64,000 nucleotides of DNA. It comes from Paraphysomonas bandaiensis (taxonomy: Eukaryota > Protista > Chrysophyceae). The position numbers and the translations under genes were made by a program. The DNA is taken from the NCBI GenBank assembly GCA_965644295.1, contig CBFFRP010000200.1, positions 62,001 through 126,000 on the forward strand, written 5' to 3'. How positions within the stretch are numbered: position 1 is the stretch's first letter; every line of letters begins with the position of its first letter. The notes under the pieces were generated by a model. The model was not told where the DNA came from and made no database searches. It saw only the letters and a list, made by a program, of their open reading frames with translations. Positions 1 to 14,542 of the stretch are shown here, in pieces.

Positions 1-1888
1 AAACTTACTATATCTCCTATAATATCAATCAGTCAATATTGCACTAACTAAAAGCGTAAATTAATACATTTTCCAGTATCCATTGCAACTTCCTACATTG
101 CGTAGCAATTAATTACAATCAATACAGCAGCAATGTTTTTGTTTACCTAATATATTTCATGAAAATTTCTATATTTTCATGAAGATTCTATATGCTTGCA
201 GTTGAGTGCTGAGTGCAGTATTATATGTGAGATGCAAGGATCGAAAGATATATTTATATGTAATTAGTATATTTGCATATTATATATTGTAATATGAAAA
301 TGAAGTATAAGAAGTTGGTGACTATACAGGATACGACTACTGCGTGTGTGGTTCTGTGGTTCTGTGGTTCGTACAATATAGAAGTAAATGATTGGTGTTC
401 AACACACCGAATACAACTGAGGTTCTTTATCATGAAATGTTATAATTTAATCTTATAAAATTGAAAACAGCAAACCTTAGCAAATAATGTCAACTTCTGT
501 TAGTGGTGTGATGAGAATTAGTGTGGCCGTGTGGCCTGCAGGAGAGATTTCTTGGGCTCCAGAATGAGTTGTTGGCGGAATGACCTGACGTTTAACGGCT
601 TAAAATTTTCATCATAGATACATGATGGGAAAAAATGTGAGATGTTCCAAAGGTCAGGATAATACCAAAACCTGAAGTAGTTTATAAAACCTGGTATTAG
701 TCAGCCTATAGATATAATACTAGTTTCTGTACCCAACCGTTCTCATGTAATAATCAGACTTTCTTCTCATAAAACCTGGTAAGTTTTTAATGATTGTCGG
801 AAAAGGGTATACCTACGCACTACTCACATTGAGTAAATATATTAATTATATGTGTGAAGAATATATTATAATATTACTTCAGTTTTACAGCAATGATATA
901 GTCGTCGACTACACATGATATATATAGTTCAAGCTATTCAGTCATAAGTATGTAGCCCACTACGTTGACTTTCTCTGGTCAAAACATACTATGTCGTACT
1001 ACACATGCTCTGTCTAACTATTTCTTTTTTCTAACACATTTCAAAAGTATTTAATGTTATCTCCAGCTTAATAGGTTTTCATCCAAGATATAAAATATAA
1101 AGAAGACCCCGAGTTTCAATAAAGAGCGCGGTATATAAATTGTATATAATAAATACTTTACGGCGTTACAACTAGCCATCTCGGAAAAGACTTCATCATG
1201 CCTGGTGTCATGGTAATATTACACTTTTCTTGACAGGAATATCTCGTTGTATAATTCGTAAACTATTATATATAAAACCGCAATCAATATGCCTAATATT
1301 AGTTATTTAATTAACCTCCTGTAGATTTTCACTTCTTAGCCATCTTTCGCATTGGTTAAAAACATGACAACCAATATTTTGTTTACAATCTTGGAAGCTC
1401 TCCAACACTTCCTTAATTATCTACAGTATGTCTAGATTATTGTACTAGCCCGTATTGTTTCCCTCAGCCTTATTCAGGGGAAGAACTTTTAAGTGCACTC
1501 ATAAGGTGGTGGGTGGTGGCCCTGCAAGACTTTATTTTGTTCCTTCAGCATCATAAAAACTCAAAAAATCCCCGTACATAAATCAACCGTACAAACGTAC
1601 TGTCGTCCGAACTGGATTGCGTCCATCTCGCTAAACATGGTTAGGTTTTCTTCAGGGAAGTGAATATCTTGCATAGACTAGATCTTATCATCATTATATC
1701 TCGTCGCAACACCAGAAATTATACAATATCACTTATGATTATTATAGTATATATAATCACTTTATACAATAGTTGATATTATAGACATACTCAGAAGAAA
1801 GCTATTCAAAAACTGAAATGCCTACTAAAACTAACCCAACATGCAATGACATAATACAAACGTTGATGTACAATTCTGCGCTACTTCA

Positions 1889-4800
1889 TTAATCATCATC
1901 ATCATCATCATCATTTATGAGATGATGCAATAGACCTCTTCGCATGAGTTCTTGCCTCTTCGTAATTTTTGCCGCTCTGTCATCCTCACTTGACACCACC
2001 GACTCTTCAGCAGTAGTTGAGTTCCCACCATCATCACGTCGATATTGGTGTTTGACTTCTTCATGGAAGTCGTATATATCGGGTAAAGATTCTGCTAAAT
2101 TCTCATCTATTTCCTGAACTGACTCATCCATATTCGATTTTTTGGAACGAAATATTGAAGTTAATTTTTCGTCGTCTTCCTCCTCGCTATCACTCATATG
2201 CATGTGTCGCCTTTTGAATGATATCAGGTTTCTTCTACCTCTACTAAGACCACTTGTCACACTTTCAACACCATCTTCATCGCGGCCAAGCTGACTATTA
2301 TTGCGAAAAGAATCACCATAGGTAGAAACAGGCGTCCCAACACTATCATCAATGCTGGGGCCAATATAAGCACCATAGCGATCGTAGTATTCACTGTTTT
2401 TTGGTGACCTCGCTCTACCGTTTGAGTCAGGAGTGTAAGAGTTTCCCTGCGTTTCAGATAGTATAGTATAACTCCTTATGCTTTCAGAATCTGAGTTTTT
2501 GTCATTTGCAGTGCCCTGAACTGGAGCAATATTGTTAACGGCAGAATCATCGATACCACCACCACATCTCTCTGGACTTTCTGTATAAAAGCCAGATCCA
2601 TATGTGTCTTGCCTCGTGTACTCCGCCGTTCTTCCAACCTCTTCGGGAGAGGCGCCCCAACTACTATGAATATTACTATCAGGCGATCGCAAGCGGGGCG
2701 ATTCATTGCCGGGAACGTATTCACCTGGGACTGGCTGTGTGTTGAAATTCGTGGTGTCATAGTAGAAGTAATTTCCATTTCTATCATAGTTATAAGCATA
2801 CCCATATTCATCAAAGTAGCAACCATGCTCGTAACTAAATCCTGCATAATAGTCTTGTTCTGCTTCACTGACACCAGTCGCATACGCCTCATTACGCTGA
2901 ACATGGTCATCGTCATAATGACCCGTGATATTGCGCGGCTGATTGGATGATTCAATAGAAGAACCATCGTACATATGTCCGCTACTCCGACTTCCTTCCA
3001 GAAGAGACCCCAGGGTATTTACATTATCTAAGCTCGCTAGTTTTTGGAGACTCTTCTTACTTCGAAGGAAGCCAGGATTATTACTCACAGGACGACTAGC
3101 CTGCGGAACAGATAAAGTTTCCTGTGGAGGTGGGAGCTTTGTAACTCTCTTTACACCCCTATCGTAGTAAGTACGCCACTCATTTACAACGCGTCTACCA
3201 CTGTTTCCAAGGAACTGGCCAGCAGCGGACACAGACCTTTCTGGAACAGACCGTCCACCTGAAACTGTGGTACTACACCACAAAGTAGTTCGCGTCATTG
3301 CGATTTCTGGGCGACCATCGATTGACTCCTCCATATCATCAGAACAGAGACCTTGACTGTGAATATCTGATGTGGCTCTCCTTTGGTATCTCTTTTTCTC
3401 TGGAATTTTCTGTGGCTCTCTCCATATGGTTAAGAAAGGTGCTTTAAAACTGCACGCAAAAAGTGCGTTGTCCCCGAGCCCAATAAACGCTGCGTTGATA
3501 TTTTCATGAGATACTTCGCAGTTAAAAGTGAGAGCGTTCCACACGCACATGCTTCTGCATCCTTGAGATGTCGTTACAATGAACCTCCCACCCGCATCCG
3601 GTACAATCTGGGTTATTGCTTTCGAGTGACCAGCAAGAGTACCTACTTCACGAACACCGCCTAGTAACTCACTCCGATGCGGTAAGGGGCGCAAAATCTT
3701 CACCCTAGGATCCTGATTGCCGCCACCAACCAGAATGACATGTCCCTCCAAAGGTACGACGGGATTTAGTCGACGATTTTCCGCGAAATGATTTTCAACT
3801 TTCGGCACTTTCGGATCAACGGAAAATCCATTTTTTTGAGGCTTGATGCGCATGCCTACCAGTCTTTGTCTACTTTTAATTTTAGCATTTGACCTCGAAA
3901 CTGGTCCAGTGATATCAGTGCTTAAGTCAACAAGATCACTCTCCATAATATCTTCGTTAGGAAGCCCAAACACATCTGCTGCGGACATTACAGCTAGACA
4001 TGTTATTCCTGCCTCTCTGCTGAAGACAGCATCTCGACCAATAATATAGTCCCTAATGTTCTTCGCAACATCAACTTTTCCATTCATTATCTCAGTTAAA
4101 TCGATCGTAATCAAATGCCCATTGCTGATACCTAAGTACATTTTATCCCTAGATGCAGCCAGGCCAGTGATGTGCGCTCCTTCAGGTACAAAGGGGTCGT
4201 TAATATAAGTTCGCAACCAGACTCCTCGCTCCATCAGAACGACGCCAATATAACCCTTCCGGTCCACTGTGAATAAAAACTCCAGCCCAGCCCTGTGCAC
4301 AGCAGTGCATAATGTTATCGGATACCGGTGTAAGGGAATCAACCGCACACAATCTAATGATCCACGAGTTTCAGTTGGGTGCTGGTCAACATATATGGCT
4401 ACAGCTCCAGTACTACCACACACTAAAAGATGCTCGAAGCCTGCAACCATTGCAGTGACAGTACCAATCTCTTCGCTATAATCAATGGCTTTTCCTATAC
4501 ATTTACCATCTATTGTAAACTGCAAAACACCGTTGGGCAGCCCCCTATGTCGCGTGGACACTAAATTTTTACCGCTGAATCGAACCATACAAATCGCAGC
4601 ACCATAAAATTCCTTAACATCTATTTCATTTTTTTCAAATAAGTAGGCATCTAGAAATTGCGAAGGATAGCATGGCCGAGAAATAGTAGGACACATTAAC
4701 GTCGACAGAAACTTCGACGAAGGAATCGCAACAGGACACAGTGTGGCACACATTTGAATGCGCTTCAACGTAGCGAGTCGTCGAGCTTGAGCACGCGATA

Positions 4801-7800
4801 AAAATATCGCTTGATCTGGATTGGACTGCAGGTTTATCAGCTTTCGACCACCACAAGGTGTAAAGGCGAGACCCCCGTTAAGCTGGCACGACCCAAAAAA
4901 AGCAGGTAAAAACTTTGGTATAGCCAAACTGTTCTTAGAATCGGTGTGACGAACAGAAGGTACGGACACGCTGTTGGGAAGAGAGTCAGGTCGAACTCTT
5001 CCGCTATCTCCCTCTTCTTTGGTTTCTATAAAAATAACAACTAATATTCGAGTATATCTGCATAAGTCGGCTAGATGGACATTGAAGTTTACTCGATAAA
5101 AACTTTCTTTCGAAAAAGGAGACAAGTTAGCTGTGCGAACAGCTTCTCCTATCAGTCTATTCTGTGACATCTCATACGCCTGTTCAGCATCATGTCCTCC
5201 GAGAACACCTTCTTCTATACCGTCCATATCCACTTCATATTCCTCCAATTGAGGAAATACACCTACATACCACTGTCTGTTCAACCGTGGCAAAAGTTCT
5301 TCTTCAAGGCCCCTTATATTAAACACTGCATCTTCTACACATATTTCATTGTCAACAATACGCTGTCGCCTAACCTGTTCCTTTCTCACTTTTTCATTGA
5401 TTTCTCTTGCCTGCTGAGCTGATTCATTGTACTTGTTTTTCACATTCTCTGTTATCGCTTTAACAGCTTTGGTACTCGTATCGGCGGCACTGATAATATC
5501 CGATGACAATGCCCGTAATAGCTTCTTCCTGGAGTCATTTTTCGACATCATGCTATCGGAAAACAACAGCGACTTTGACAAGCTCTTCTTAACAGTTGAT
5601 CCGAAACTTGAAAACTGCCTAAGCACCTTGGTGCCCCTAGTATTGCCTTTACTATCACCATGAGGTGTAGACTCAGTTCGAATAGTTCGAGAATCAGCGA
5701 TATCTTGCTCTAAAGGTTGGTCTTGGCTTTCTAAATCATTCTTTGTCCGTATGTTACATGAACGTACTATATATCCCCGCGCAAGAGCTTGAATTTTAAC
5801 CGCACTTGCATTGAAAAGTTTGTCGTACTTTTGAGCCATACGCCTCGACGGGCTTATAAACAGGCCTTTGAAATCAGACACCATTGTGTCTAAGGGGTCG
5901 AGTGTCCCAGTGTGCCTTTGGTCTTCCATTCTACCTGGCATGATGTTATTCTCAGGAGACCGCCCTCTAGTATGCTTTTCATCTCTAACAGTTTCAGAAG
6001 AATTAATGAATCCTAATTTGTTCAAGAGAGCATTCGATCCATTATCCCAAACGCGCGATGGAGCAGGAATCAGATCATCAACACAATACTTATCTTCCTT
6101 TGCCATTAATTTGACTTCGTCATACCTACGACTTGCAGATCCAGATGTGTACACACTCACTTCGTCATGATCAGACGATACAGAGCGCAATGTTAAAGTA
6201 CGATACAGAGGAGGATGTCGCCCGTCACTCCCTGAATCTCCCAGTCGCTTCGAAATATAAATCTTGCGGTCCCTATCACACCTACTCAGCTACATTAATA
6301 AAGAGCAAATCTGTAACAGACCTGAACATCCTATACATGCTTTGGATTTTTACAGCCGGGCTAGTAAGCACCTTACTAGCTATTCGTTGAACAAATGCTT
6401 CTTCTACACTAGGCTCCTCTGTCTTCGCGGCATAAACTCCAAGCAGTATCTTCGTCGCCCCAAGGAGTTGTGGATGCTTGACGAGTGCTGGGAACCCAGA
6501 AACATATTTCAATTTATTCCTACTAAGATAGCGCTTCTCAAAACGACGGACGCGAAATATCTTTTGTAATCGGATAACGGCCTTGGCGCCGTTACGCAGC
6601 TGCATGCGAACAATGTACCCTCGAAAAGCACTCTTAATTCGGGTTGCTTGACATTGTCGATGATTCTCCACTGCCAAAGCCTTCTCCTTCATCAAAAATT
6701 TCTCGTACTCCACACATTGTAGTTTATATTCAACTGCATAATCGTGTTCGATGTCCATAAGTTCCCTTTCTTGCGCCTCTCTTGCAAGTTCTTCCTCTTT
6801 TTTCCACTTCAGAGCAACCCTTCGTCGGACAGTTTTAACCCACCGCTTCACTCTCAACAGGATTCTTTTCTGCAAGAGTAGATACGCATACCTTGACTTG
6901 GCTTGTCTGGTTCGAAAGACGCATTGAATAGCAACAGCAGCCAAATACATTCGTCTTCGCCTCAAATATATCCAGCGATACATGTACTTTAATATAACAT
7001 CTCGGTTGCATTTTCGCCTATTCACAACTTTTTTAGCAAACCATACCTTTATTGTGCGTTGTGACTTTACTACACTCGAGTGGATCCTACGATAGTCCCG
7101 TCTGCATCTATACATCCTAAAGCAACCTTGTATTCGAGTAGCTTTCTTGTGGCGTATACTCTCCTTTATCCACACTAGTAGCTTCTTAAGCCCTTTTCGT
7201 AGAGCCAGATATGCCCATATGTTCGACGTGAGGAAGTCCTTTTTGTACCTTCTGTATATTTTTTGAAATGCCCGAATCGAACTTGACAATATTCGTCTGT
7301 GGCATTTTTTTGCCATTTTTTCACCATATACTAATTTCACCGACTTGCTAGCATTGGAGTTATTCGAAGGCAGGGAAACTTCTGACGAAGACCAATAATT
7401 AATCTGATCGGAGTCTGTGTATGTATCATCCGCTACAACTGTAAAAACGTTACCATCAACTTCAGAGTAATATTTTCCAACCGGAAGCCAGAGAGTTGTT
7501 TCAAGCGCACGTGCAGGTTTTTTCGTTGGTTTAGTCCCAATCGACGAAGACCTCGACATAGAGAAGCGCTTATTTCTAGCAGATATTTCACTGATTAATA
7601 TCGAACCTACAGAAGGCTCTCGACGAAGGGTAGGCGGCTTTCCACTTGGGGAGAGAGAAGGGCTCGTGTTATTCTTCACCAGCTTGCCTGGCAGCGACGC
7701 AACAAAAGAAACATGGTCGTCCTCGTTGTCGAGAGTTTTTTCACTGCTCATTTTTGCAAAAGATATATGCCTCCTTGCGCTTGTCATATTTACGAAAGCG

Positions 7801-10800
7801 AGCAGCACACCAGTCAGATCACTGACATCACTGTCATCGGTAGCATCAAGCATAATTGTTATACGAGCTAAACCTATTCGAGGTTTAATGGATGCGCAAA
7901 ATGCAGAATGTCCCGCTGTTGATATCTGAAAAGCATTCGAGCAGTATGGCGTACTACATGGCCCTTCGATGCGGAGTACATATGACCCCGTTACATTGAT
8001 GTTTACGAAGCAAAGTCCCCGACTATCCGATTTCTTGGAACAAATAAGCTTGTACGAAACGTCATCGGCTTCATGTAGAGCCTTGGGACGGGCTGGCTGT
8101 GCAAACACAGGAATGGTATCAGGTGTACAGTCAATGGAATCTGTAAAGGGGTCAAATCGTTCCGATGGTTTCTCTTGAAGGATTTCATTAAGCGCTTTTT
8201 CCATCCGGAGGAGCTTTACCCTATTCTTTACACCCCATTTTTCAAATGTGGCAACGCTTGCGTTAGCTAGAAAAGACGCGCCATCAACCACCCCGCTCCA
8301 GTGTGCATTATTAATAATGTTCTGATCAAGAGCAAATGAACGCAACCACGCAGCAACTTCATCCTTCTTCCAGCTTCGAACCTTATAAAATATCGACGAA
8401 TGCCGAAAGGTTGCGTTATCAATGGACTTACTAGTTATTACTTTAGTTGTGAAATCCTTGGACCCAGGTTGTTTGCTCACAGTAGAAATAAGGCGAGAAT
8501 GGGGAAGTCCAGTCTTATCGTCAAGGTTGTTTTTCTTTGAAAGACCGCTGCGATTTCTCGATCGACAAGACCTAGGAGCAGGACTTTCAACGTCAACCAT
8601 GTCATCATGAACTACATCGCCAACACGATTCTCCCCGATAACACTTTCAATGTCTTCATTCAACGAGATATTAGAATTAACCTTGTAAAGATAAACAGTG
8701 GCTCCTTTCAAAGGAATTTTGCGATAGCCATCATATACATGCAACTCGAGTGTGTGGTCCCCCTGAAATTTTATAGTCTCCGGAAGTAATAGAACAGCAA
8801 GATCTCTCACAATTTTTTCAATAGGAGGTATTGCCTTAGTCGATATTTTAGAGAAGACTAATTGTGTTGTAGAACTGGAAAAAGGGCGCACAGAAACCTC
8901 AAACGACCCCATCCGTGGTGGGCAATCAGGAGAATTGGTATATTTATTGGAATATATAATAGCAGGAGGCAGGCTTCTCCTGAATGCTGCCTTTGCTTCG
9001 GTAAACTTTTTCTCGTATGACCCAGGAACATGCCAAGTTGTCATGCAGTGATCTTCACAATTCTTGCAGTGTTCAATGTTTATGACATGGAGTGGTAATA
9101 CATACTTTTCTTTCAACACTTTTACCACACCACGAACAATAGCCTGAAGCATGACGCCAGGAACTTTTCGTTGGATGGATTTAATGCTCCAGTGGCTATC
9201 ATTATCACATTCTGCATGCACACTGTCGGATACTGCTAGATTTAGGCGTTTAAATATCACGAAGGGGACAAAGGAGTGCTGCTTGGGCAGTTTCACCGGC
9301 TACAAAACACACCACATTAAATTATTTCGATACATACATATTCCACCCTACCGTCGACTGCGTTTGATGACTGGATAGTTGAAGTGGAGGTGGGCCAATC
9401 AAACCATCACAGTCAGGGATTCCAGCCTCCCGTGTACAGAAGAAGGATTCAACGTGTACCCAATTTTCGTCTAAGAGTTCAACATGATCTGGAATAGCTG
9501 ACATACTTGGAGAACTAGAATCGAGATTGTTCCATTGAGAAGGAAGATTACTGACATCAAACTGTTCGTGAATTGGTGTTGTCTCGCTATCTTGTTCTAG
9601 CGTATTGCTGCCCATCCAGTAAGAATCTCTTCTTCCCCTACGAGCATTGGCATCACTAAGAGAAAGATCACATTGCATTTGCAGTTCGGGAAACTGAGCT
9701 TGCACAGGAGAGTCATCGTAAATCACCGGAACAATTGCAAAGGCCTCGACTGGAAGCTTGCAAAAGTCAATCTCCAACAGATTAGCATACCTATGGTCAT
9801 CGGTCCGTCGCTTTCTCCGCTGCAAGTGAGGGGGGCACACTGTTAAACCAGGGAAGAATTTCCCTAGCTTGTGATCAAACGATCCTAACAGTTGCATCTT
9901 CATATCAAAAACGAGACATGTGAATCCTAGAAAGTACCACTGCATCAAAGAGTTCATTTGCGCAATATGAGGTTGATGGCGTCGTAAGTACTTTATTCTA
10001 TTAACGTACAAAAAGTCATAAGCGTCTTCATGAGATATTAGCAACTTTTTCTTGTTATCTCCTTCCATATCTTCATACTCAAGAGTACTACCAGCCTCAT
10101 GCTGGGTTGTACATGGAAACTCCATAAACTCACTTCTACCGAAATGAAGACCAAAGAAATCCATTTTATTGGAAAATTCCCAATCTGATGGACAATCGGT
10201 CACCTTTAGACGCACTCGCAGTTTCTCTTCCGTGGGATCGAGGGAGATGAAATATGAGTCACCTGAGGCATTCATTTCTGTTAGCTTTCGAATATCCCCC
10301 ACGGGGAGATTGTGGCACTCTGTGCTGAGCTTCGGCGGGGGTGGTGCCAGGTCAAGGGATGGGGTACTTGCAGTAAGGGTTTTGCGTTCAGACAGGCGTG
10401 TCAGGAAGTTTTTTTGTCGTGACGATGCCATGGAAGTGGTAGGCGAGATTCCTGCCAATGGGCCCAAGCAATTACGGCGGGGACTAGATTTAGAACCATT
10501 CTTGGATCGAACCATTTTCTTTTGCATGGGGGTTAACTCTCTCAAACAATAATTGTTTAGACTCTCTATTTCAGTGTCGGATACACCGGAAAAAGGTTGG
10601 TAGCTCCTGCCTAGGGAACTCTTGCGGTCAGTCGGCGTTGAAGACACCAAGTTCTCCGCAATGTGCAATAAATGATTCTGGCCTTCAACTGACACATCCT
10701 CTCCAATAGGAAGAGATAGAATCGCAGCTCTGAACTCAGGGGATACATCTAACAGGTGATTAAGTTTGTCCTTGGCGATAACTCTCTCATCCAGCTCCTC

Positions 10801-11838
10801 ATGCAGTTGCTGGAATTCTCCGGGCGCCAGCAGATCTTCGGAATGTAACTCAGAGCTGGCGTTACCTTTTTCACGCAGATCCATTACCTGTTCCTCCTCC
10901 TCCCGCACAGCCTGCTCCATGAATATACGTGTCATACTCTCTCTGTCATTAGCATCGTGAGGTGTGTTTGTCTCAAATCCATCCCCCGTACGTACGGGGT
11001 CTATATCTTGCTCAATATCAGTGTTTCTATCCGCACTAAGCGCGACACAATCATCAAGTGGATCCATGCTAAGAGGAATAACCTCGGGAACGTTTAGCGT
11101 AGCGTCAAACTCTATGATGTAGTCCTCATCGGCAAATGTAACACTTTTGGTGTCCCCCTCAACGCTATTGTAAGAGTTACCCCCACAAGTGGTTTCAAAT
11201 GCGCCAGGCATAGCCTCTGCAACTTCACTGCTATCTATACCTTTCTTATTCTCCATCAAGAAGCTTTCATGTAAGAAATCTTTGTTTTTCTGGGCGTTGT
11301 GGTGTGCTAAAATCTCCTCCGCATTGACAGACTCGTGAGATGATAACGACCCCGCAGACTCAATGGAATCATCGTCCTCCTCCACATCTAGCACAGGAAC
11401 ATCACTCGTTTCGGAGTCACTGTCACAGTCCACTACTTCATCATTAAACGCTAAATCTGGGGCAGGGTGATCATCATTTGAACTCATCTGGTCCTGTGGA
11501 ATTTGTGTTGACTCTTTATCACAGTCAAGTTGTTCATCGCCTGGAAGGCAAGGCGCTAATTCACTGCTATCGGAGTCGGAAACTTTAGGTTTTTGTGCTT
11601 CCAGTTCAGTGCTACCTAGATCTTGTGAAACTTCATCATTGAATACATAACCTGAATAGCGTGATTTGTTATTCTGCTGTGGTGTGTCCGGCGCAGCACT
11701 TGAGCTGTTACTTCCCTCTGAGATCACTAACGGTACAGCATCAGTCCTCTTGGTAATATAATCGTCCCAATTAAGCTCGCTCAGTTCCTTTAATGCTGCT
11801 TGTATTCTGTCATTAGGCTTTTGTTTCGATTTCGGCAT
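1889..11838 (-). CDS. Giant (~3,282 aa) multidomain protein: acidic N-terminus, possible TerD-like segment, Rdx/SelW-type CxxC domain, SAM, multiple IQ motifs, WD40-like repeats, acidic disordered tail. Exons 11838-9352, 9299-6322, 6272-1889
   Basis: Three long same-strand ORFs join in frame through GT-AG introns at 9351-9300 (52 nt, ...QST|PVKL...) and 6321-6273 (49 nt, restoring IQSMYRMFR|DRKIY). Motifs: IEHCKNC...PRMGSFEV...LVFSK (Rdx); WKKDEVAAWL...VDGASFL (SAM); IQGCFRMYRCRR, IQCVFRTRQAK, IQALARGYIVR (IQ); LAGHSKAIT...MCVWN (WD40). Confidence 0.75.
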
Positions 11839-12459
11839 TGGAATAAATATCCGGTCAATACAGACACACTCTCTCAGACACCATACTGTGGATCACTGTA
11901 GACAACATACGACATCAAAAGAGATACGATACAGAGGACGAATAATGTGAATACACTCTGATCATATTCATCTCATTACAGGCAGGGATGTATGTGTATG
12001 TGTATGTGGATATATATCACATCGACAGGAAGTTTGAACACACGTTTTACTCTCACTTTCACAGTACAGAGTACAGTGCTGTAGTATCCTATATTGCCAT
12101 TGGTATACAGCTGTATATAGATAGGAAATGCACAATAACCGCAAGGTATTCTGATATACTGTACGTATAGGTTCGTATGGTATATGGCAGGAACACCACT
12201 GCATGCCATGCATATAGCAGAACTGTACATAGAGGAGTTCTACAGCACTGTACATACTGCTCCCGTATATGGTCTACATTACGGTTTATATATACGTATA
12301 TTCGTACCATATACAGCAGTACGAGTACACGAACCCTCTGCACAGTCTCCTCTCGTCTTGCTTGTCTATATATACATACATGTCTCTGTGGAGGTCAGAC
12401 AAACAGCACCTGCCAAGGGCCTAGCGTTAATTATAATATAGTGCTATATATATTCTGTG

Positions 12460-14542
12460 ATGTCGACGAGTGTCTTTAACAGGTAATGTCTATGTATGTG
12501 TGTATGAGCGTACCTCAAGCTGATGTTAGGGTCCTGCCTGCTCCTGTACACAAATACAGCACACAAGAAGATGATGGCAATGAGCCACAGGATCAGTTAC
12601 TCACAGAAGAAGAGTCTTCTCAGAAGTACAATTGCATGTCTGTGTGTATGTGTATTAACAGCTGCTGTTGTGCTCTATAGGCGCCCCACTGTACCCGCCT
12701 ATATGAACCGTGCCAATTTTGTGCCATATAAAGATGAGGATTTTGGTGATGGTGGAGCATTTCCTGAAATTCATGTTGCTCAATATCCTCTGGGTATGGG
12801 ACGTCCAGGTGCGAAGAGCACTGCGGTAATATCTGTGGATGTTGACGAGAAAGGCGAGGTGCGGTATGATGCCATCGTCAAGCACGGGGCCAACAGAAAC
12901 AAAATCGTCCAATCGTCTCTTGATGATATGAAGGAATCAGAAGGTAATTTATTGAATGTATATTTTTGTGTTAACAGTTCTTCTTGCAGGCCAGGCTGAC
13001 ACTATGAGTCTTCCGTCTAAAGAGGAGGAGGAAGCGACAGCTGAGAACACCCGCAAGGCCCTGGAGGCATTACTTGAGGGAAAAATTAAGAAAGCAAAAC
13101 CATCCTCCATAGCTACAGCCCCAGCAGATGCAGAGGAGCCTAAATATATCAGATACACTCCAAACCCGAATGCACCAGGGTGAGTGATTTCACTTGTTTA
13201 ACTGTTACAATCTAATTTTCCATGCTTGTCACCCTTGTATCACGCAGATATAACCCGGCTGCTAAACAGCGTGTTATCCGGATGGTGGAGGCTCAGGTGG
13301 ATCCAATGGAGCCTCCTAAACACAAGATCAAGAAAGTTCCTCGAGGTGGAGGGTCACCACCTGTGCCTGTTCTGCATTCCCCTCCTCGCAATCTCACAGT
13401 TAAGGACCAGCAGGCATGGAAAATACCTCCATGTGTATCTAACTGGAAGAATGCGAGGGGCTATACAATCCCTCTTGACAAACGCCTAGCTGCTGATGGC
13501 AGAGGTTTACAGGAAGTTACAATTAACAATAAGTTTGCTTCCTTAACGGAGACTTTATACATTGCTGAGCGCAAAGCTGCTGAGGAACTAAGAGTGCGCA
13601 ATATGATCCGTCATAAGCTGATGGCTCGTGAAAAAGAGGACAAGGAAAAAGAACTTCGCGAGATGGCCAGTCAGGCACGGAAAGAGCGTGCAAGTGTGTT
13701 GGGTGGTGGGCAGATGGGCCAGCGTGTGGAGGATGAGCCTACGGAGGAGGAGGCTTCCCACTACCAGCCCCCGCGACGGTCCCACTCGAGCGACGACGAC
13801 AGTGACGCTGAACATGATAGAGAAGAGAATAGGCGTGGTTCAGGTGGTGGCAGACGGGAGAGAGATAGGAGCAGGGGCAGAGGGCGCAGTGAGAGCCGAA
13901 GCGCATCTCCTGATAGACGTCGTCGATCTGGCGAGACAGATGAGGAACGAACTGCACGTATTCAGAGAGAACGCCTGCGTATCGAAAGGCGGAAAGAGCG
14001 CGAGAGGGAGATCCGACTTGAAAATATGAAGGGAACAATGCGGAAAAATAAGATTGATCGTGATATGAACAGGGACGTATCTGAGAAAATTGCTCTTGGT
14101 ATGCATAAAGGTAGCGGTCAGCTGACTGGGGAGGCTATGTACGACGCTCGTCTCTTTAATCAAAGCGCGGGTATGGACTCCGGATTTGGTCAGGATGACG
14201 AGTACAATACGTACAGTAAACCGCTATTTGACCGGAAAGAAGCGGAGTCGATATATCGCCCGAAGCGAGATGATGCAGATGTGTATGGCGACGTTGATAC
14301 GCAGGTACGTTTCTGAATGCGCTTTTATTTAAACTGCCCACTAACCGTATATACGCACATAGATGGCCAAGTTATCTGACACCAGCAGGTTTAAGCCTGA
14401 CAAGGGATTCAAGGGAGCCGAAGGTTCAGGTCAGGGCGGAGGCCGGACTGCACCTGTGCAGTTCGAAAAAGTCCAGGACGACCCGTTTGGAATCGATGAC
14501 ATTGTGGATGGAAGTAGCCGCAAGAAGGCCCGAAAAAATTAG
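12460..14542 (+). CDS. SNW1: SNW domain-containing protein 1 / SKIP (Prp45), spliceosomal factor, about 6 exons
   Basis: DFGDGGAFPEIHVAQYPLGMG, DPMEPPK, PPVPVLHSPPR, WKIPPCVSNWKNARGYTIPLDKRLAADGRG. First exon ATG TCG ACG...AAC AG|gtaatg; last exon RFKPDKGF...PVQFEK...DPFG, stop at 14540-14542. Confidence 0.95.

Noticed and set aside
506-590. Possible box C/D snoRNA (GTGATGA...CTGA, about 80 nt)
   Set aside because: No terminal stem and no recognisable rRNA-antisense guide; such box pairs arise by chance.
9050-9095. Selenoprotein (CxxU) in the Rdx-like domain
   Set aside because: Both positions are Cys codons and there is no in-frame TGA.
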